A stretch of DNA of 39,713 nucleotides from NCBI GenBank assembly GCA_027023345.1, contig JALVVO010000151.1:1-39713 (forward strand), given 5' to 3'. The notes under the pieces are model-generated. The model did no database searches and was not told where the DNA came from. It saw nothing but the letters and a program-made list of their open reading frames with translations. This DNA is from Thermaceae bacterium. GTDB taxonomy: Bacteria > Deinococcota > Deinococci > Deinococcales > Marinithermaceae. Position 1 is the stretch's first letter; every line of letters begins with the position of its first letter. Shown one piece after another: positions 38,150 through 39,713 of the stretch. The position numbers were made by a program, and so were the translations under genes.

Positions 38150-39610
38150 ATGATGCGCTTGCTCTTGATCCTGCTTTTGGCTTCGCTGCCGGCCTGGGCC
38201 GAGGGCGGGCCCTCGCCCCCGGGCAACCTGGAGGAGCGGCTTGCGGCCGCCTTCCAGGCGCTCGAGGCGAAGGACTACCCCCGGGCCATCGCCCTCTTCG
38301 AGGACGTGGCCGCCCTCGACTGGCGCAACTTCCAGGCCCACTTCGGCCTGGGGCTCGCTTACTTCCGCTCGGGGGCGCTCAAGGAGGCGCTTTTCGAGTT
38401 CCGCCAGCTGGCCAAGCTCTACCCCGAGCGCTTCGAGGGCTGGTACAACCTCGGGGTGACCCAGGCCCGCTTGAAGGACTGGAAGGGGGCGACCGAGTCC
38501 CTGGCCCGGGCGCTGGCCGTGGGGGAGAAGGCCGGTCTTCCTCCCGCCACCCTCCGTCCGGCCTACCTGGCCCTGGCCGACGCTTACCGCCGGCTGGATA
38601 ACCCCTCCGCCGCCGCCGAGGTGCTGTCCCGGGCCTACAAGGCCCTGCCCGGCGACCCCGAGGTCGCCCTGCTGCTCGCCGACGCGCTGGTGGCGGCCGG
38701 CAAGGGGGAGGACGCCTTGCCCTACCTCTACGAGGTCTTGGCCGGGGACCGGGGCAACGTGACCGCGAGCCTCCTCCTCGCCGACGTGCTGGTGGACCAG
38801 GGGCTTTCCGAGCGCGCGCTTCGCGAACTCGATCGCTCGATCGCCGCCGCCAAGACGGACACCGACCGCGCTCGCCTGATCTACAAGAAGGCGCTCATCC
38901 TCGCCGGCGAGGGCGGGAAGCGGGCCGAGGTGGAGGCGCTCTTAGAGGAGGCGATCGCCCTCGACCCCGGGCTCTGGCAGGCACAGTACGACGTGGGGCG
39001 CTTGAAGCTTGCCCTGGGCGACGCGGAGGGCGCGCTCCGGGCCTTCATGCTCGCCTACCAGGCGAACCCCAACGACCCCCGCGTGCTCCTCGGCCTGGCC
39101 GCCGCCTACGACGCCCTGGGCAAGGCCGCCGACGCCTACCGGGTGGCCAAGCTTGCCGTCCGCAAGGCGGGCGCCGCCGAGCGGATCGAGGCGCTCTTCC
39201 TTTTGGGCAAGAACGCCTACCGCGCGGGGCGCTACTCGGAGGCGGTCGAGGCTCTGAAGCAGGTGGTGGCCGAGCGTAAGAGCGACGCCGAGGCCTGGCT
39301 CTGGCTCGGGCTCGCCCTCTACGCGGTCAAGGACTACGGCCAGGCGGTCTCGGCCCTCGAGCGCGCGGCCGAGCTCGACGGTCGGGTGGAGGTGCTCGAG
39401 GCCCTGGGTGCGGCCTACCTGGCGGCCCGGCGCTTCTCCGACGCCGAGCGCGTCTACACCGAGGTGGTATTGAAGGCCCCGGAGCGGGCCGAGGCCTGGT
39501 ACCACCTGGGGTGGGCGCTGAAGGCCCTGGGCCGCGACTCGGAGGCTAAGCGGGCTTGGAAGAAAGCCCTCGAGCTCGGGTACAAACCCGCCCAGGGGTT
39601 GGTGAGGTAG
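38150..39610 (+). CDS. Secreted/periplasmic tetratricopeptide (TPR) repeat protein
   Basis: 486 aa. Signal peptide MMRLLLILLLASLPAWA-EG, then at least 10 TPR-like 34-residue units (e.g. AHFGLGLAYFRSGALKEALFEFRQ, AWYHLGWALKALGRDSEAKRAWKKALEL). Confidence 0.8.
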   Translation: MMRLLLILLLASLPAWAEGGPSPPGNLEERLAAAFQALEAKDYPRAIALFEDVAALDWRNFQAHFGLGLAYFRSGALKEALFEFRQLAKLYPERFEGWYNLGVTQARLKDWKGATESLARALAVGEKAGLPPATLRPAYLALADAYRRLDNPSAAAEVLSRAYKALPGDPEVALLLADALVAAGKGEDALPYLYEVLAGDRGNVTASLLLADVLVDQGLSERALRELDRSIAAAKTDTDRARLIYKKALILAGEGGKRAEVEALLEEAIALDPGLWQAQYDVGRLKLALGDAEGALRAFMLAYQANPNDPRVLLGLAAAYDALGKAADAYRVAKLAVRKAGAAERIEALFLLGKNAYRAGRYSEAVEALKQVVAERKSDAEAWLWLGLALYAVKDYGQAVSALERAAELDGRVEVLEALGAAYLAARRFSDAERVYTEVVLKAPERAEAWYHLGWALKALGRDSEAKRAWKKALELGYKPAQGLVR

Positions 39611-39612
39611 GC

Positions 39613-39713
39613 ATGGGCTGGCTGCGCGAGAACTGGTTCGACGCCCTGCTCTTCGTGCTTCTCGCCGCGGTCGTGGTGGCCATCGTGCTCTTTTTGACCG
39701 GGGTGAACCCCTT
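39613..39713 (+). CDS. Start of a membrane protein gene, 3' end beyond the window
   Basis: ATG 39613 follows GGTGAGG. It translates to MGWLRENWFDALLFVLLAAVVVAIVLFLTGVNP (one TM helix) and stays open to the window end. Too short to classify. Confidence 0.35.
   Translation, partial: MGWLRENWFDALLFVLLAAVVVAIVLFLTGVNP

Overview
This is a high-GC (about 70%) bacterial chromosomal segment. Its gene content and order point to a Deinococcus-Thermus organism, probably family Thermaceae: an archaeal-type V/A-ATPase operon in the order G-I-K-E-C-F-A-B-D, sdhCDAB, speH, a LysN-like aminotransferase and an RlmI/RlmO-type m5C methyltransferase. That placement rests on motif reading and on remembered Thermus thermophilus sequences; no search was possible. 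I call 44 protein-coding genes (2 cut by the window edges), one initiator tRNA-fMet, several sigma-A-type promoters, four GC-rich hairpin terminators and one small heptad repeat.

No transposase, integrase, phage gene, CRISPR array or compositional island is visible. The window looks like compact core genome rather than an accessory island, and I do not claim a clearly novel system.

The most unusual organisation is an 8-gene, 7.4-kb minus-strand array (13566 down to 6155) with no gap over 34 nt and three consecutive ATGA start/stop overlaps. It chains an rRNA methyltransferase, two small proteins of unknown function, an MBL-fold hydrolase, a sensor-less non-RD Ser/Thr kinase, an AMP-forming acyl-CoA synthetase, a DUF123/GIY-YIG-like putative nuclease and a short dynamin-like GTPase. 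The best candidates for undescribed functional modules are the nuclease plus dynamin pair and the hydrolase-kinase-synthetase trio.

Other points:
- a probable 1-nt G-run frameshift removes the last transmembrane helix of a DUF420 gene
- the tRNA-fMet gene and a TPR gene have back-to-back promoters that share a palindromic -35
- two genes have a TATAGT-N6-ATG (leaderless-type) start
- a 12-bp hairpin spans the TRAP/MFS junction
- a TAXI-TRAP transporter carries a DUF1850 accessory gene

The long antisense and alternate-frame ORFs in the track are GC-driven shadows and were rejected.
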